From Chitinophagaceae bacterium (GTDB lineage Bacteria > Bacteroidota > Bacteroidia > Chitinophagales > Chitinophagaceae): a stretch of DNA of 44,786 bases. A program made the position numbers and the translations under genes. The notes below the pieces were generated by a model. The model made no database searches, was not told the DNA's origin, and was given only the letters and a program-made list of their open reading frames with translations. Positions 32,261-41,544 of the stretch are shown here, one piece after another; within the stretch, counting starts at the first letter, position 1; each line of letters starts with the position of its first letter. The DNA lies in NCBI GenBank assembly GCA_044375755.1, contig JBILMC010000001.1, positions 1 through 44,786 on the forward strand. Reading direction: 5' to 3'.

Positions 32261-32737
32261 TTAGCGGATCAACAGTTTTTTCCAGCGTTCAGTTTCTGCA
32301 AAATTTTTAATTGTATTAATCTTTTGGTGCAAATACGATTCCATGTATTGATTAAAATAAACAGCATTAAATAATTTTCCGAGTTGACCATATGGAAACT
32401 CATAGGTCAACAAGTCAATCATCAGCATGCCATTATCAATCGGTTTAAAATGATGCTCATGTCTAAATGCAACCAGATCGCCCTGTAACTGCACTTCCAC
32501 ATACATTTCAGGTTTAATCATTTCAACCACTTTGATTCGTTGCAGTCGTTCTTTAAACAAATGATAGGATTTCCAGGTAATAGTTTCACTTTTTTCCAAT
32601 AAACCAAAACGAGTCCCTGCTACGGCATCAATCTTATTAGGCGTATACGCTTCTTTGTGAACACTTACATGCCTACTCAAATCAAACACAACCGAAGCGG
32701 GTGCTGCAATAAATGTTGTAAGATGAATGGTGGGCAT
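32261..32737 (-). CDS. SRPBCC (START-like) family protein
   Basis: IHLTTFIAAP...VFDLSR, ETITW, FRHEHHF, MIDLLTY, PYGQLG pattern. Confidence 0.75.
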   Translation of the reverse strand: MPTIHLTTFIAAPASVVFDLSRHVSVHKEAYTPNKIDAVAGTRFGLLEKSETITWKSYHLFKERLQRIKVVEMIKPEMYVEVQLQGDLVAFRHEHHFKPIDNGMLMIDLLTYEFPYGQLGKLFNAVYFNQYMESYLHQKINTIKNFAETERWKKLLIR

Positions 32738-32739
32738 GA

Positions 32740-33831
32740 TTAATTAAAAGGTACTTTAACAACTTTTGCTTTCAACTGCTTGTCACGCACTTGAATATAA
32801 ACGATTGAATCTATAGTGGCCAACTCGGTTGCAACATATCCCATCCCAATTGCCTTTCCTAAACTAGGAGATTGCGTGCCTGATGTAACCACTCCAATCA
32901 CAACGCCACCTTCGTTTTTAATTTCATATCCATGACGCGGAATTCCCTTGTCGATCATTTCTAATCCAACTAATTTTCTCTTTACGCCCTCCGCCTTTTG
33001 CTGTGCGAGTGCGGTTGAGTTTATAAATGCCTTAGTAAACTTTGTAATCCAACCTAATCCGGCTTCCAGTGGTGATGTGGTATCATCAATGTCATTTCCA
33101 TAGAGACAAAAACCCATTTCTAATCGCAACGTATCCCGAGCACCTAGTCCAATTGGTTTTAATCCCTGTGGTGTACCTAAATCAAAAATCGCATTCCAAA
33201 TTTTTGATGCATTATCATTAACGTCTTCAAAATAAATTTCTACTCCGCCCGCACCTGTATAACCCGTTGCACTGATTAACACATTTTCTACTCCGGCAAA
33301 TGTTCCTTTCACAAAGGTGTAATAAGCCAGATTCATAAGATCCATTTCTGTCAATGGCTGAAGAATGCGTGTTGCCTGTGGACCCTGTACAGCAAGTAAA
33401 CCAGTTTTATCAGAGATGTTGTGCATTTCCACCCCTTTTGTATTATGCTGTTGAATCCAGTTCCAATCTTTTTCAATATTGGACGCATTCACCACCAGCA
33501 TGTATGCCTTATTATCTTCTATACAATACACTAGTAAATCATCAACAATTCCGCCCTTGTCATTTGGAAGACAACTATACTGCACCTTTCCTTTCACCAA
33601 CTTAGAAGCATCATTACTGGTAACGCGCTGAATCAAATCCAGTGCATCGGGTCCTTTTAATATAAACTCACCCATATGACTTACATCAAAAACACCCGCT
33701 GTTTTACGTACGGTTAGATGTTCGTCGTTAATGCCCGAATAAGAAATAGGCATATTATAACCAGCAAAGGGAGCCATTTTAGCTCCCAGTGCAATATGTT
33801 GCTGATAAAAGGGTGTGTTCTTAGCCGACAT
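32740..33831 (-). CDS. gcvT: Glycine cleavage system aminomethyltransferase T
   Basis: [52 protein letters not shown]. -7 element TACATTTG at 33850-33857. Confidence 0.96.
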   Translation of the reverse strand: MSAKNTPFYQQHIALGAKMAPFAGYNMPISYSGINDEHLTVRKTAGVFDVSHMGEFILKGPDALDLIQRVTSNDASKLVKGKVQYSCLPNDKGGIVDDLLVYCIEDNKAYMLVVNASNIEKDWNWIQQHNTKGVEMHNISDKTGLLAVQGPQATRILQPLTEMDLMNLAYYTFVKGTFAGVENVLISATGYTGAGGVEIYFEDVNDNASKIWNAIFDLGTPQGLKPIGLGARDTLRLEMGFCLYGNDIDDTTSPLEAGLGWITKFTKAFINSTALAQQKAEGVKRKLVGLEMIDKGIPRHGYEIKNEGGVVIGVVTSGTQSPSLGKAIGMGYVATELATIDSIVYIQVRDKQLKAKVVKVPFN

Positions 33832-33870
33832 TTCTATTTTTTAAGAACACAAATGTACGCGGTTCGGTGG

Positions 33871-36027
33871 CTATCCCAAAAGAAGACGAAGAGGGGATGG
33901 GCCCCAACCCTGTAACTTTTTATGTGCTGGAAAGCGAGCGGGAGTAAGTGAGGCTCTTTCCTTAATTACTGGCGGGGGCGGAGGTGGGATCGATAATTCT
34001 TTTGACTCTTCACTAATTACTTCCTCCACAGAAATCGAGGTACCATCCTCCGTTTTTAGTAGGCCGTCTGCCCCCATTATATACTCAATGTTTGAACGAT
34101 AGCGAATATTGGTATCCGTCCATTCAATATCGAACTTATTATTGTATTTACGACGAACCAAAAGCTCTACGTCACTCAACTTTTCTCTTACCGATTCATC
34201 AAAGGAAATGCGGCCACCTACGGGCACCTTAATGATAACCCTAATGCGCTGAGCTCTGTATTTTGAAGACGCTGGAATAGAATAGCCGCTTCCAAGGTTC
34301 AGTTGTAAATGAGATAGGTTTTTAATAGTATGTTCCAGGGTATCTCCGCTTTTATTTTTACTTATCGCCGATTTATTAGCAATGACTGCATCTCCGAAAA
34401 GATGATAGTCGATAGCAGAAGCTCTCTTTGCGGCCTCTTCTTCTGTGCGACCGTTTGCATAACGCACCAGCTGTACCTGATACGTGCTGTCTTTACTAGG
34501 CTCTATTTTAATAATTACATTGGAAAGCTTGAGTGTATCGCTCGTGACATCCCATCCCTTTGGATCACCATCAATCCAGCTATAACTACCACTATATTCT
34601 AGCTCAGGTTCTGATACCCTCACTACCATTTTTTGAGCAGGGGCAGCGGGTAGAGAAACTGTATCTACAATTTTTTCTTGGTAACTAAAATCTTTTGTAA
34701 TACTAGATACAAATAAAGTAGCCGACACCCATCCAAGTGCCCATAGCGTTCCAAAGGTCCAAGCAAGGTATGCATGTCCTGCCTTTGTGTTAATCAATCG
34801 GCGAATCATCCAAATAATAAAGCCTACAACCGGAACCAACAAGAATAATCCAACAGTTGCCCATGCTAAACCTTGTTGATAATCCGAGCTCCAGATATAG
34901 TGTTGTAACGGCCATGATACTACTCCCACAAACAATATTGCAACCAGCGCAATCAATATCACAAAGGCTAAGCCGCCAAAAAATAAAAAGAAGAAAATTT
35001 TAAATAACAACGCAATGAATTTGCCAATAGAACGGAAAAAGTTTTTGCCAGGCTCTTTAGCTTCCTTTGCTAGCTCTTCTGCTTTTACAGAAAGTTGTTT
35101 TGCTGTTACCTCCACATCCTTACCCCATGCTTCCATTTTTTCTTTTATAATCGAAGACCCTTCACTCACATGTTGACGAATGCGTTCGAGATTGATTGGC
35201 TCACCACGCATTTCCATTTTTTGATACGTCGTTTCTGCTTTAGGAAGAATAATCCATAATACAATATAGAGTAGAATAGAAAAGCCGACCAGTGATCCAA
35301 AACTCAAATTGAATATCATCTCTGCCAAAGCAGAGTCATCAAAGATGTTTAAAATAGAAAAAAGAATTTGCAGCAGTAGTGGAGCTAAAAAAATAAGACG
35401 GATATTTCTTGGCGATACTTTTAAGTAGGCTGCAATCCCGCTTGCTACACCGCCCAACACACGATCATCTGGATTACGATAAAATCGACGGCCCTTGTAA
35501 GTTTCTACTTCTTTTGCAGGAAATAAAATCCATAAAATAATATAGACCAGCGAAACGATGCCAAAACTTGAAAAACTTAGTAAAACAAATAATACGCGAA
35601 TGATCACTGGGTCGATTCCTACATAGTTCGCAATTCCACTTGCCACACCGCCCAATACACGATTATTGGCATCACGGAAAAAATCTCTCTTCGACTCCGA
35701 TGCAACTGTATTTTTTGATTGACCCACTGATGATCCTGCCGATGAGTTTTCATCCACTAACTCTTCTCCGGCAATTTCTTCTGGTTTGCCCATGGCTGCA
35801 ATCACTTCTTGTAAATGTGTTTCTGTGATGCAGGGCTCACCCTTTTGTAAAAAAGAATAAAACTGCTCGGCGATTCGTGCCTCTATATCATTGATGATCT
35901 CTTCGCGACTTTCTTCTTTTGAAAAATAATTTCGCAAACTCACAACATATTGTTGCAACTGCTCGTAAGCAGGCTCTTCAATTTGAAGAACACGTCCGCT
36001 CAGATTTATCGTAATAATTCTTTTCAT
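33871..36027 (-). CDS. Large membrane protein with tandem PspC domains
   Basis: Two PspC repeats (RDANNRVLGGVASGIANY; RNPDDRVLGGVASGIAAY), several TM helices, and a C-terminal extracytoplasmic domain. Confidence 0.88.
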   Translation of the reverse strand: MKRIITINLSGRVLQIEEPAYEQLQQYVVSLRNYFSKEESREEIINDIEARIAEQFYSFLQKGEPCITETHLQEVIAAMGKPEEIAGEELVDENSSAGSSVGQSKNTVASESKRDFFRDANNRVLGGVASGIANYVGIDPVIIRVLFVLLSFSSFGIVSLVYIILWILFPAKEVETYKGRRFYRNPDDRVLGGVASGIAAYLKVSPRNIRLIFLAPLLLQILFSILNIFDDSALAEMIFNLSFGSLVGFSILLYIVLWIILPKAETTYQKMEMRGEPINLERIRQHVSEGSSIIKEKMEAWGKDVEVTAKQLSVKAEELAKEAKEPGKNFFRSIGKFIALLFKIFFFLFFGGLAFVILIALVAILFVGVVSWPLQHYIWSSDYQQGLAWATVGLFLLVPVVGFIIWMIRRLINTKAGHAYLAWTFGTLWALGWVSATLFVSSITKDFSYQEKIVDTVSLPAAPAQKMVVRVSEPELEYSGSYSWIDGDPKGWDVTSDTLKLSNVIIKIEPSKDSTYQVQLVRYANGRTEEEAAKRASAIDYHLFGDAVIANKSAISKNKSGDTLEHTIKNLSHLQLNLGSGYSIPASSKYRAQRIRVIIKVPVGGRISFDESVREKLSDVELLVRRKYNNKFDIEWTDTNIRYRSNIEYIMGADGLLKTEDGTSISVEEVISEESKELSIPPPPPPVIKERASLTPARFPAHKKLQGWGPSPLRLLLG

Positions 36028-36044
36028 AGTGCTGCTGATTATTA

Positions 36045-36386
36045 TTAGAGGTTAGTAGGTTTTGGTGTGATTATTTTGGTAACAGCGGATGAGAGTTCCT
36101 GCCAGGTTCGTCCCAGTTCTTCATAAAAAACAAGACCCTTCTCGGTAAGCGAAAAGTATTTGCGTGGCGGACCGGCAGGACTTTCTACCCAACGATACGT
36201 GAGCATTTCTGCGTTTTTAAGGCGGGTCAGTAGCGGGTAAAGGGTGCCTTCTAAAATCTGAAGTCCGGAATCACGCATTTCATCCACGATATCACCAGGG
36301 TAAGACTCACCCCTTTTTATAATGGATAATATGCAGAACTCCAGGATTCCCTTTCGCATCTGACTTTGTGTGTTGTCGATATTCAT
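36045..36386 (-). CDS. PadR-family transcriptional regulator
   Basis: QMRKGILEFCIL, EGTLYPLLTRL, WVESPAGPPRKYFSLT. Confidence 0.93.
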   Translation of the reverse strand: MNIDNTQSQMRKGILEFCILSIIKRGESYPGDIVDEMRDSGLQILEGTLYPLLTRLKNAEMLTYRWVESPAGPPRKYFSLTEKGLVFYEELGRTWQELSSAVTKIITPKPTNL

Positions 36387-36408
36387 ATTTATTAGGTGTC
36401 TGCGAATG

Positions 36409-36441
36409 CAAAGATAAGGATATTATTTGGTACTATGCAAA
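36409..36441 (-). promoter_or_regulatory. padR-pspC promoter: -33 TTTG (36438-36441), 21-nt spacer, -7 TATCTTTG (36409-36416)
   Basis: Both elements match the Bacteroidota TTTG-N19-21-TAnnTTTG consensus. Confidence 0.75.
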
Positions 36442-36450
36442 ACATAGTAC
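36430..36450. promoter_or_regulatory. Perfect inverted repeat GTACTATG-N5-CATAGTAC, putative PadR operator
   Basis: 8-bp perfect arms overlapping the padR -33 element. Confidence 0.7.
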
Positions 36451-36516
36451 TATTATTTTTATTAATTTTTTGTAAATAAGTTATTATCATCAATTTTTTG
36501 CCGAATTTTGCTATTT

Positions 36517-37581
36517 ATGACTCGATTTTTATCAATTTTAATTGGTTTTTTAGCCGTTTTAAGCATTTCAGCCTGTTCTGATCGTTATAAGCCCTTTAGG
36601 TCCAACTATACTTTTAAAAGCGAGAACGGGACTCCGAATTATGCAAACCTGGACTACTGGGCGGCTCATCCGGGTAAAATTGACCCCTCAGACAGCATAC
36701 CGGCCCCTTTACGAAAAGACCCTAGAGATACTGTAGCCGATGTGTTTTTTATCCATCCGACTACTTTCACCAAAAAAGAAGACTTTTCCCGGTCCAATGC
36801 GGCGATAGACGATGACTATATCAATGCCAAAACCGATTATTCTACTATCCTTTTACAGGCCAGCGCATTTAATCAGTTCGGACGTGTATTTGCACCCCGG
36901 TACAGACAGGCACATATTGGAAATTTTTACAGCGCCGATAGCGTTGCCGCCAGTCGAGCGTTAGCACTAGCCTACCAAGATGTGCGAACCTCATTTCTTT
37001 ATTATTTAGAAAACTACAATCAAGGCCGTCCTATTGTATTGGCTTCACACAGTCAAGGTGCATTACACACAATATGGTTGTTAAAAGAATTTTTTGAAAA
37101 CAAGCCTTTGCAAAAACAATTAGTGGTTGCCTATGTAGTTGGCTGGCCGCTGCAACAAAAAACACTAACAGAAATTCCTATTTGTGAAACACCAGAACAA
37201 ACAGGATGTGTGTGCAGCTGGAGAACCTTTAAGCAAGGATATTTAGCGCCGTGGGTACAAAAAGAAAATGCTCGTGGTGATGCTATTGTGGTTACCAATC
37301 CAATCAGCTGGAACAGGGACACTGCTTTTATTTCTCGAAAAAACAATAAAGGTGCAGTGCTTACTCGATTCAATCGGATTTTTCCTGCACCTGCAGACGC
37401 ACAAATCAATTCAGGAGTTTTATTCACCAAGAAGCCTCAATTCCCTTGGAGTTTTTTATATAAAACAAGCAATTACCATATAGGAGATATCAATCTCTAT
37501 TATGTGAATATTCGAGAAAATGTTGCTGCCCGTATAAAGCATTTTCAAAACAATAAGACTCAAAGTCAAGCCTCGCACTGA
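36517..37581 (+). CDS. DUF3089-type alpha/beta-hydrolase lipoprotein
   Basis: Lipobox ISAC, YWAAHP, DVFFIHPTT, APRYRQA, nucleophile elbow SHSQG, YHIGD. Confidence 0.8.
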   Translation: MTRFLSILIGFLAVLSISACSDRYKPFRSNYTFKSENGTPNYANLDYWAAHPGKIDPSDSIPAPLRKDPRDTVADVFFIHPTTFTKKEDFSRSNAAIDDDYINAKTDYSTILLQASAFNQFGRVFAPRYRQAHIGNFYSADSVAASRALALAYQDVRTSFLYYLENYNQGRPIVLASHSQGALHTIWLLKEFFENKPLQKQLVVAYVVGWPLQQKTLTEIPICETPEQTGCVCSWRTFKQGYLAPWVQKENARGDAIVVTNPISWNRDTAFISRKNNKGAVLTRFNRIFPAPADAQINSGVLFTKKPQFPWSFLYKTSNYHIGDINLYYVNIRENVAARIKHFQNNKTQSQASH

Positions 37582-37591
37582 CACTAATCAG
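37578..37591 (+). promoter_or_regulatory. CTGA-N6-TCAG, candidate CRP/FNR-family site upstream of the USP gene
   Basis: CTGACACTAATCAG, 22 nt upstream of a -7-like TATTTTTA (37614-37621). Confidence 0.45.
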
Positions 37592-37637
37592 CATTGTGGT
37601 GTTGCCGTTGGTTTATTTTTAATCCAAACCTGGCAAC

Positions 37638-38465
37638 ATGAAAACTATAATTGTTCCTACCGATTTTTCTCCTACGGCAACCAACGCAATGCATTATGCC
37701 ATTCAAATGGCAAAACAGATTAAGGCAAATCTACTTCTGGTGCATGTTTATCAGGTGCCGGTTAGTTACACAGATGCACCCATCGTGTTAGTATCGGTGG
37801 ATGAATTAAGAAAAGCGGCACAGGCAAGAATGCAAACCTTAAAAGAAGAAGTAGAACACCTTGTCCATAAAGAACAAAAAGTATATACAGAAACCATTTT
37901 GGGAAATGTGGTAGATGAGTTAGAAAATGTTTGTAAAAAAATAAAACCCTTTGCCGTAGTAATGGGTACAAAAGGAGCCACAGGTTTGGAGCGTGTGTTG
38001 TTTGGAAGCAACACGTTACTTGCCATTCGACATCTCAGCTGGCCCGTGATTTGTGTTCCGCCTGGAAAAAAATATGGCACAGGGATTAAAAAAATTGGGT
38101 TTGCATGTGACTACGAAAAAGTAGTGGCCTCTACGCCCACACCGTTTATTAAAGATCTTGTGAAAACCTTTGGTGCCGAATTACATGTCTTAAATATTAA
38201 TCAAGACGGGAAAGAACGCAGTGAAGAAATACCGGAGCAATCTATTTTACTACAAACTCTACTAGGAGATCTGAAACCTGAATTTCATTTTATACAACAT
38301 AAAGACGTAGAAGATGGCATCAATGATTTTGCCATTCGCAATGAACTAGACCTGGTTATCACCATTCCCAAAAAACATAGTTTGGTGGAACGTATTTTCA
38401 GAGAAACCTCTTCCAAACAATTGATCTATCACAGCAATGTGCCCATTGCCTGTGTGCACGAGTAA
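37638..38465 (+). CDS. Universal stress protein (tandem USP domains)
   Basis: IIVPTDFS, VMGTKGATG...FGSNT, PVICVP, and a second degenerate USP domain. Confidence 0.9.
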   Translation: MKTIIVPTDFSPTATNAMHYAIQMAKQIKANLLLVHVYQVPVSYTDAPIVLVSVDELRKAAQARMQTLKEEVEHLVHKEQKVYTETILGNVVDELENVCKKIKPFAVVMGTKGATGLERVLFGSNTLLAIRHLSWPVICVPPGKKYGTGIKKIGFACDYEKVVASTPTPFIKDLVKTFGAELHVLNINQDGKERSEEIPEQSILLQTLLGDLKPEFHFIQHKDVEDGINDFAIRNELDLVITIPKKHSLVERIFRETSSKQLIYHSNVPIACVHE

Positions 38466-39908
38466 TTAAAACTCTGCGCTGCCTGGTGTACGAGGAAAGG
38501 CAATCACATCACGAATGTTATTCATGCCGGTAACAAATTGAACCATTCGTTCAAAACCCAAACCAAATCCAGCATGCGGTACAGAACCAAATCTTCGTGT
38601 ATCTAAATACCACCAGAGATCTTCTTCGGGTATATGCATTTCTTGCATGCGCGCTGTCAATCGATCTAGACGCTCTTCACGTTGTGACCCACCCACAATT
38701 TCTCCAATGCCCGGAGCAAGAATGTCCATAGCTGCTACCGTTTTTCCATCTTCATTTTGACGCATGTAAAAGGCCTTGATAGCAGCAGGATAATTAGAAA
38801 GAATGACTGGTTTTTTAAAATGCTTTTCTACTAAATAACGCTCGTGTTCACTTTGTAAATCCATTCCCCAACCTGTGATCTCGTACTGAAATTTCTTTTT
38901 CTTGTTGTAATTACTCTCGCGTAAAATATCGATAGCCTCTGTATACGTGATGCGCTCAAATTGATTGTCAACTACAAAACGAAGTTTTTCCAGCAAAGTC
39001 ATTTCGCTTCGCTTGTCTTGAGGCAATTGTTTTTCTTCTTCTGCTAATCGCTGATCCAAAAACTGAAGGTCTTCGGCATTATTATCCATCGCATAGCGAA
39101 TAATGTATTTGATGAACTCCTCTGCCAAATTCATATTGTCTTCTAAATCATAAAAAGCCATCTCTGGTTCTATCATCCAAAATTCGGCAAGATGTCGGGC
39201 GGTATTACTGTTTTCTGCTCTGAATGTAGGACCGAATGTATAGATCTCTCCAAAAGCAGTGGCACCTAACTCACCCTCGAGTTGTCCACTCACCGTCAAA
39301 TTGGTAGAGCGACCAAAAAAGTCTTTTTTATAATCAATCTCTCCAGATTCTGTGCGCGGTGCAGAACCATCGAGTGGGAGCGTCGTTACACGAAACATTT
39401 CTCCAGCGCCTTCCGCATCACTGGCAGTAACAATAGGCGTATGTAGATAGATAAAGCCCTTCTCATTAAAAAACTGGTGAACCGCATATGCTAATGCATG
39501 CCGAACGCGAAACACTGCGCCAAAGGTGTTTGTTCTAAAACGCAGGTGTGCTTTTTCGCGCAAAAACTCCAATGAGTGTTTTTTGGGCTGTAAGGGATAT
39601 TTTTCTGCATCAGAATCTCCTAATATATCAATGGTGTGGGCCTTTAAGTCCATTTTTTGTCCCTTTCCTAATGAAGGCTCAACCACACCGCTAACACGCA
39701 GTGAAGCAGAAGTGGTAATTCGCTTTAATAATTCTTCGGGAAACCTTCCTAACTCTACCACTACTTGTAAATTATTATTGGTGCTGCCATCGTTCAATGC
39801 AATAAACTGATTATTACGAAATGTTCTAACCCATCCCATTACGGTTACCTGCTGTCCGGCAGGTTCTTGGGCTAATAGTTGTTTGATTTTGATTCGTTGA
39901 TTGAACAT
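38466..39908 (-). CDS. asnS: Asparagine--tRNA ligase
   Basis: [73 protein letters not shown]. -7 element TACCTTTG at 39928-39935. Confidence 0.97.
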   Translation of the reverse strand: MFNQRIKIKQLLAQEPAGQQVTVMGWVRTFRNNQFIALNDGSTNNNLQVVVELGRFPEELLKRITTSASLRVSGVVEPSLGKGQKMDLKAHTIDILGDSDAEKYPLQPKKHSLEFLREKAHLRFRTNTFGAVFRVRHALAYAVHQFFNEKGFIYLHTPIVTASDAEGAGEMFRVTTLPLDGSAPRTESGEIDYKKDFFGRSTNLTVSGQLEGELGATAFGEIYTFGPTFRAENSNTARHLAEFWMIEPEMAFYDLEDNMNLAEEFIKYIIRYAMDNNAEDLQFLDQRLAEEEKQLPQDKRSEMTLLEKLRFVVDNQFERITYTEAIDILRESNYNKKKKFQYEITGWGMDLQSEHERYLVEKHFKKPVILSNYPAAIKAFYMRQNEDGKTVAAMDILAPGIGEIVGGSQREERLDRLTARMQEMHIPEEDLWWYLDTRRFGSVPHAGFGLGFERMVQFVTGMNNIRDVIAFPRTPGSAEF

Positions 39909-40002
39909 GCACCTTTGCTTTGGCTAGCAAAGGTAAGCCCGGAAGGAAGTGCAGATACTAGTTATTGGTCGAAAAAATTTTTATCAAATCTAAAATTTCC
40001 TG

Positions 40003-40010
40003 TAGGTTTG
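40003..40010 (+). promoter_or_regulatory. -7 element (TAGGTTTG) for rho
   Basis: Exact TAnnTTTG match about 120 nt upstream of ATG 40132. Confidence 0.65.
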
Positions 40011-40131
40011 TGGTAACAAAAGGCCGTTTCGGCCACCTTTTCCAAGATTCATATTAATAGTTAATCATCTTTTTTTGAACGAATCGCTCGTTCAGTTTCC
40101 CAAGAAAAATTTCAATACTAAAAAAACAAGA

Positions 40132-41514
40132 ATGGCAGTTTCTAACGAAGACAACAAACCGAAAAGAAGAGGCAGACCCCGTAAAGACGAAAAACCAGAA
40201 GAACAAAGCGTAGCTCCAGCGCCAGCCCCCCCTAAAAAAGAAGAGGAGCCGCGTCCGGTCCCCAATACGGCAACTACACCGAGTAAAACAGAAGCGCTCG
40301 CACAAACTATTCTTGAGAATACACCGGAGCCTGGCACCACCGAGGCGTCTCAACAGCGATTTCAACCGCAAAAAAGAGAACCCATATTCACTGTTGAATT
40401 TGATGGGATGATTATGGGCGAGGGTGTGTTGGAAATGATGCCAGATGGTTATGGATTCTTACGCTCTTCCGACTACAACTATCTTTCATCTCCCGATGAC
40501 GTATACGTTTCCCCTTCTCAAATCAAAACATTCGGCTTAAAAAGTGGAGACACGGTTATAGGACCCGTTCGCCCCCCCCGTGAAGGAGAAAAATATTTTG
40601 CTTTAATAAAAGTGGATTTACTCAACGGAAGAAATCCGGATGATGTAAGAGACCGAGTTCCTTTTGATTACCTCACTCCACTTTTCCCGTTTGAAAAATT
40701 AAATCTGTTCACTACCCCTTCTGATTATTCTACTCGTATCATGGATCTTTTCACGCCAATTGGTAAAGGACAGCGTGGATTGATTGTTGCGCAACCAAAA
40801 ACGGGTAAAACGATGTTACTTAAAGCGGTTGCTAATGCAATTGCGGCTAATCATCCAGAATGTTATTTGATGGTGGTGTTGGTCGATGAAAGACCTGAAG
40901 AGGTAACAGATATGGAAAGGAGCGTTCGTGCCGAAGTGATTGCCTCCACCTTTGATGAGCCTGCAGAAAAGCACGTAAAGGTTTCTACCATGGCACTCAA
41001 TAAAGCAAAACGATTGGTTGAGTGTGGACACGACGTAGTAATACTGTTGGATTCTATCACACGTTTAGCGCGTGCGCATAACACAGTGGCTCCTGCATCA
41101 GGAAAAGTTTTATCAGGGGGTGTGGAAGCGAATGCCATGCAAAAACCAAAACAGTTTTTTGGTGCGGCCCGTAAAATTGAAAATGGAGGATCGCTTACTA
41201 TTATTGCAACAGCGCTGGTAGACACAGGTAGTAAAATGGATGAGGTAATCTTTGAAGAATTCAAAGGAACCGGAAACATGGAGTTGCAGTTAGATCGTAA
41301 GTTGTCTAACAAACGTATTTATCCAGCCATCGACCTAACTTCTTCTTCTACACGCCGCGACGATCTATTATTAGATCCTGCTGTTTTACAACGAATGAAT
41401 CTACTTCGCGTGTTCTTGACCGATATGAATACAGAAGAAGCCATGCGTGAATTACAAAATCGAATGAAGGGGACAAAGAGCAATGAAGAATTTTTGGCCT
41501 CGATGAATAAATAA
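40132..41514 (+). CDS. rho: Transcription termination factor Rho with atypical N-terminus
   Basis: [77 protein letters not shown] 40132 preferred over TTG 40075. Confidence 0.96.
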   Translation: MAVSNEDNKPKRRGRPRKDEKPEEQSVAPAPAPPKKEEEPRPVPNTATTPSKTEALAQTILENTPEPGTTEASQQRFQPQKREPIFTVEFDGMIMGEGVLEMMPDGYGFLRSSDYNYLSSPDDVYVSPSQIKTFGLKSGDTVIGPVRPPREGEKYFALIKVDLLNGRNPDDVRDRVPFDYLTPLFPFEKLNLFTTPSDYSTRIMDLFTPIGKGQRGLIVAQPKTGKTMLLKAVANAIAANHPECYLMVVLVDERPEEVTDMERSVRAEVIASTFDEPAEKHVKVSTMALNKAKRLVECGHDVVILLDSITRLARAHNTVAPASGKVLSGGVEANAMQKPKQFFGAARKIENGGSLTIIATALVDTGSKMDEVIFEEFKGTGNMELQLDRKLSNKRIYPAIDLTSSSTRRDDLLLDPAVLQRMNLLRVFLTDMNTEEAMRELQNRMKGTKSNEEFLASMNK

Positions 41515-41519
41515 ATAAC

Positions 41520-41542
41520 AGGGGACTACGGTCCCCTTTTTT
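41520..41542 (+). terminator. Intrinsic terminator downstream of rho
   Basis: AGGGGAC-TACG-GTCCCCT-TTTTT: 7-bp GC-rich stem, cUACGg (UNCG) tetraloop, U-tract. Confidence 0.85.
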
Positions 41543-41544
41543 GT

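Noticed and set aside
36421-36458. 8-bp direct repeats around the palindrome as a transposon footprint
   Set aside because: TATTATTT is low complexity in an AT-rich gap; an operator overlapping the padR promoter explains the palindrome better.
40054-41312. Long antisense ORFs to rho (and similarly to dnaN, recQ, SNF2, USP)
   Set aside because: Stop-poor antisense frames are expected opposite conserved genes; the translations show no recognisable motifs.
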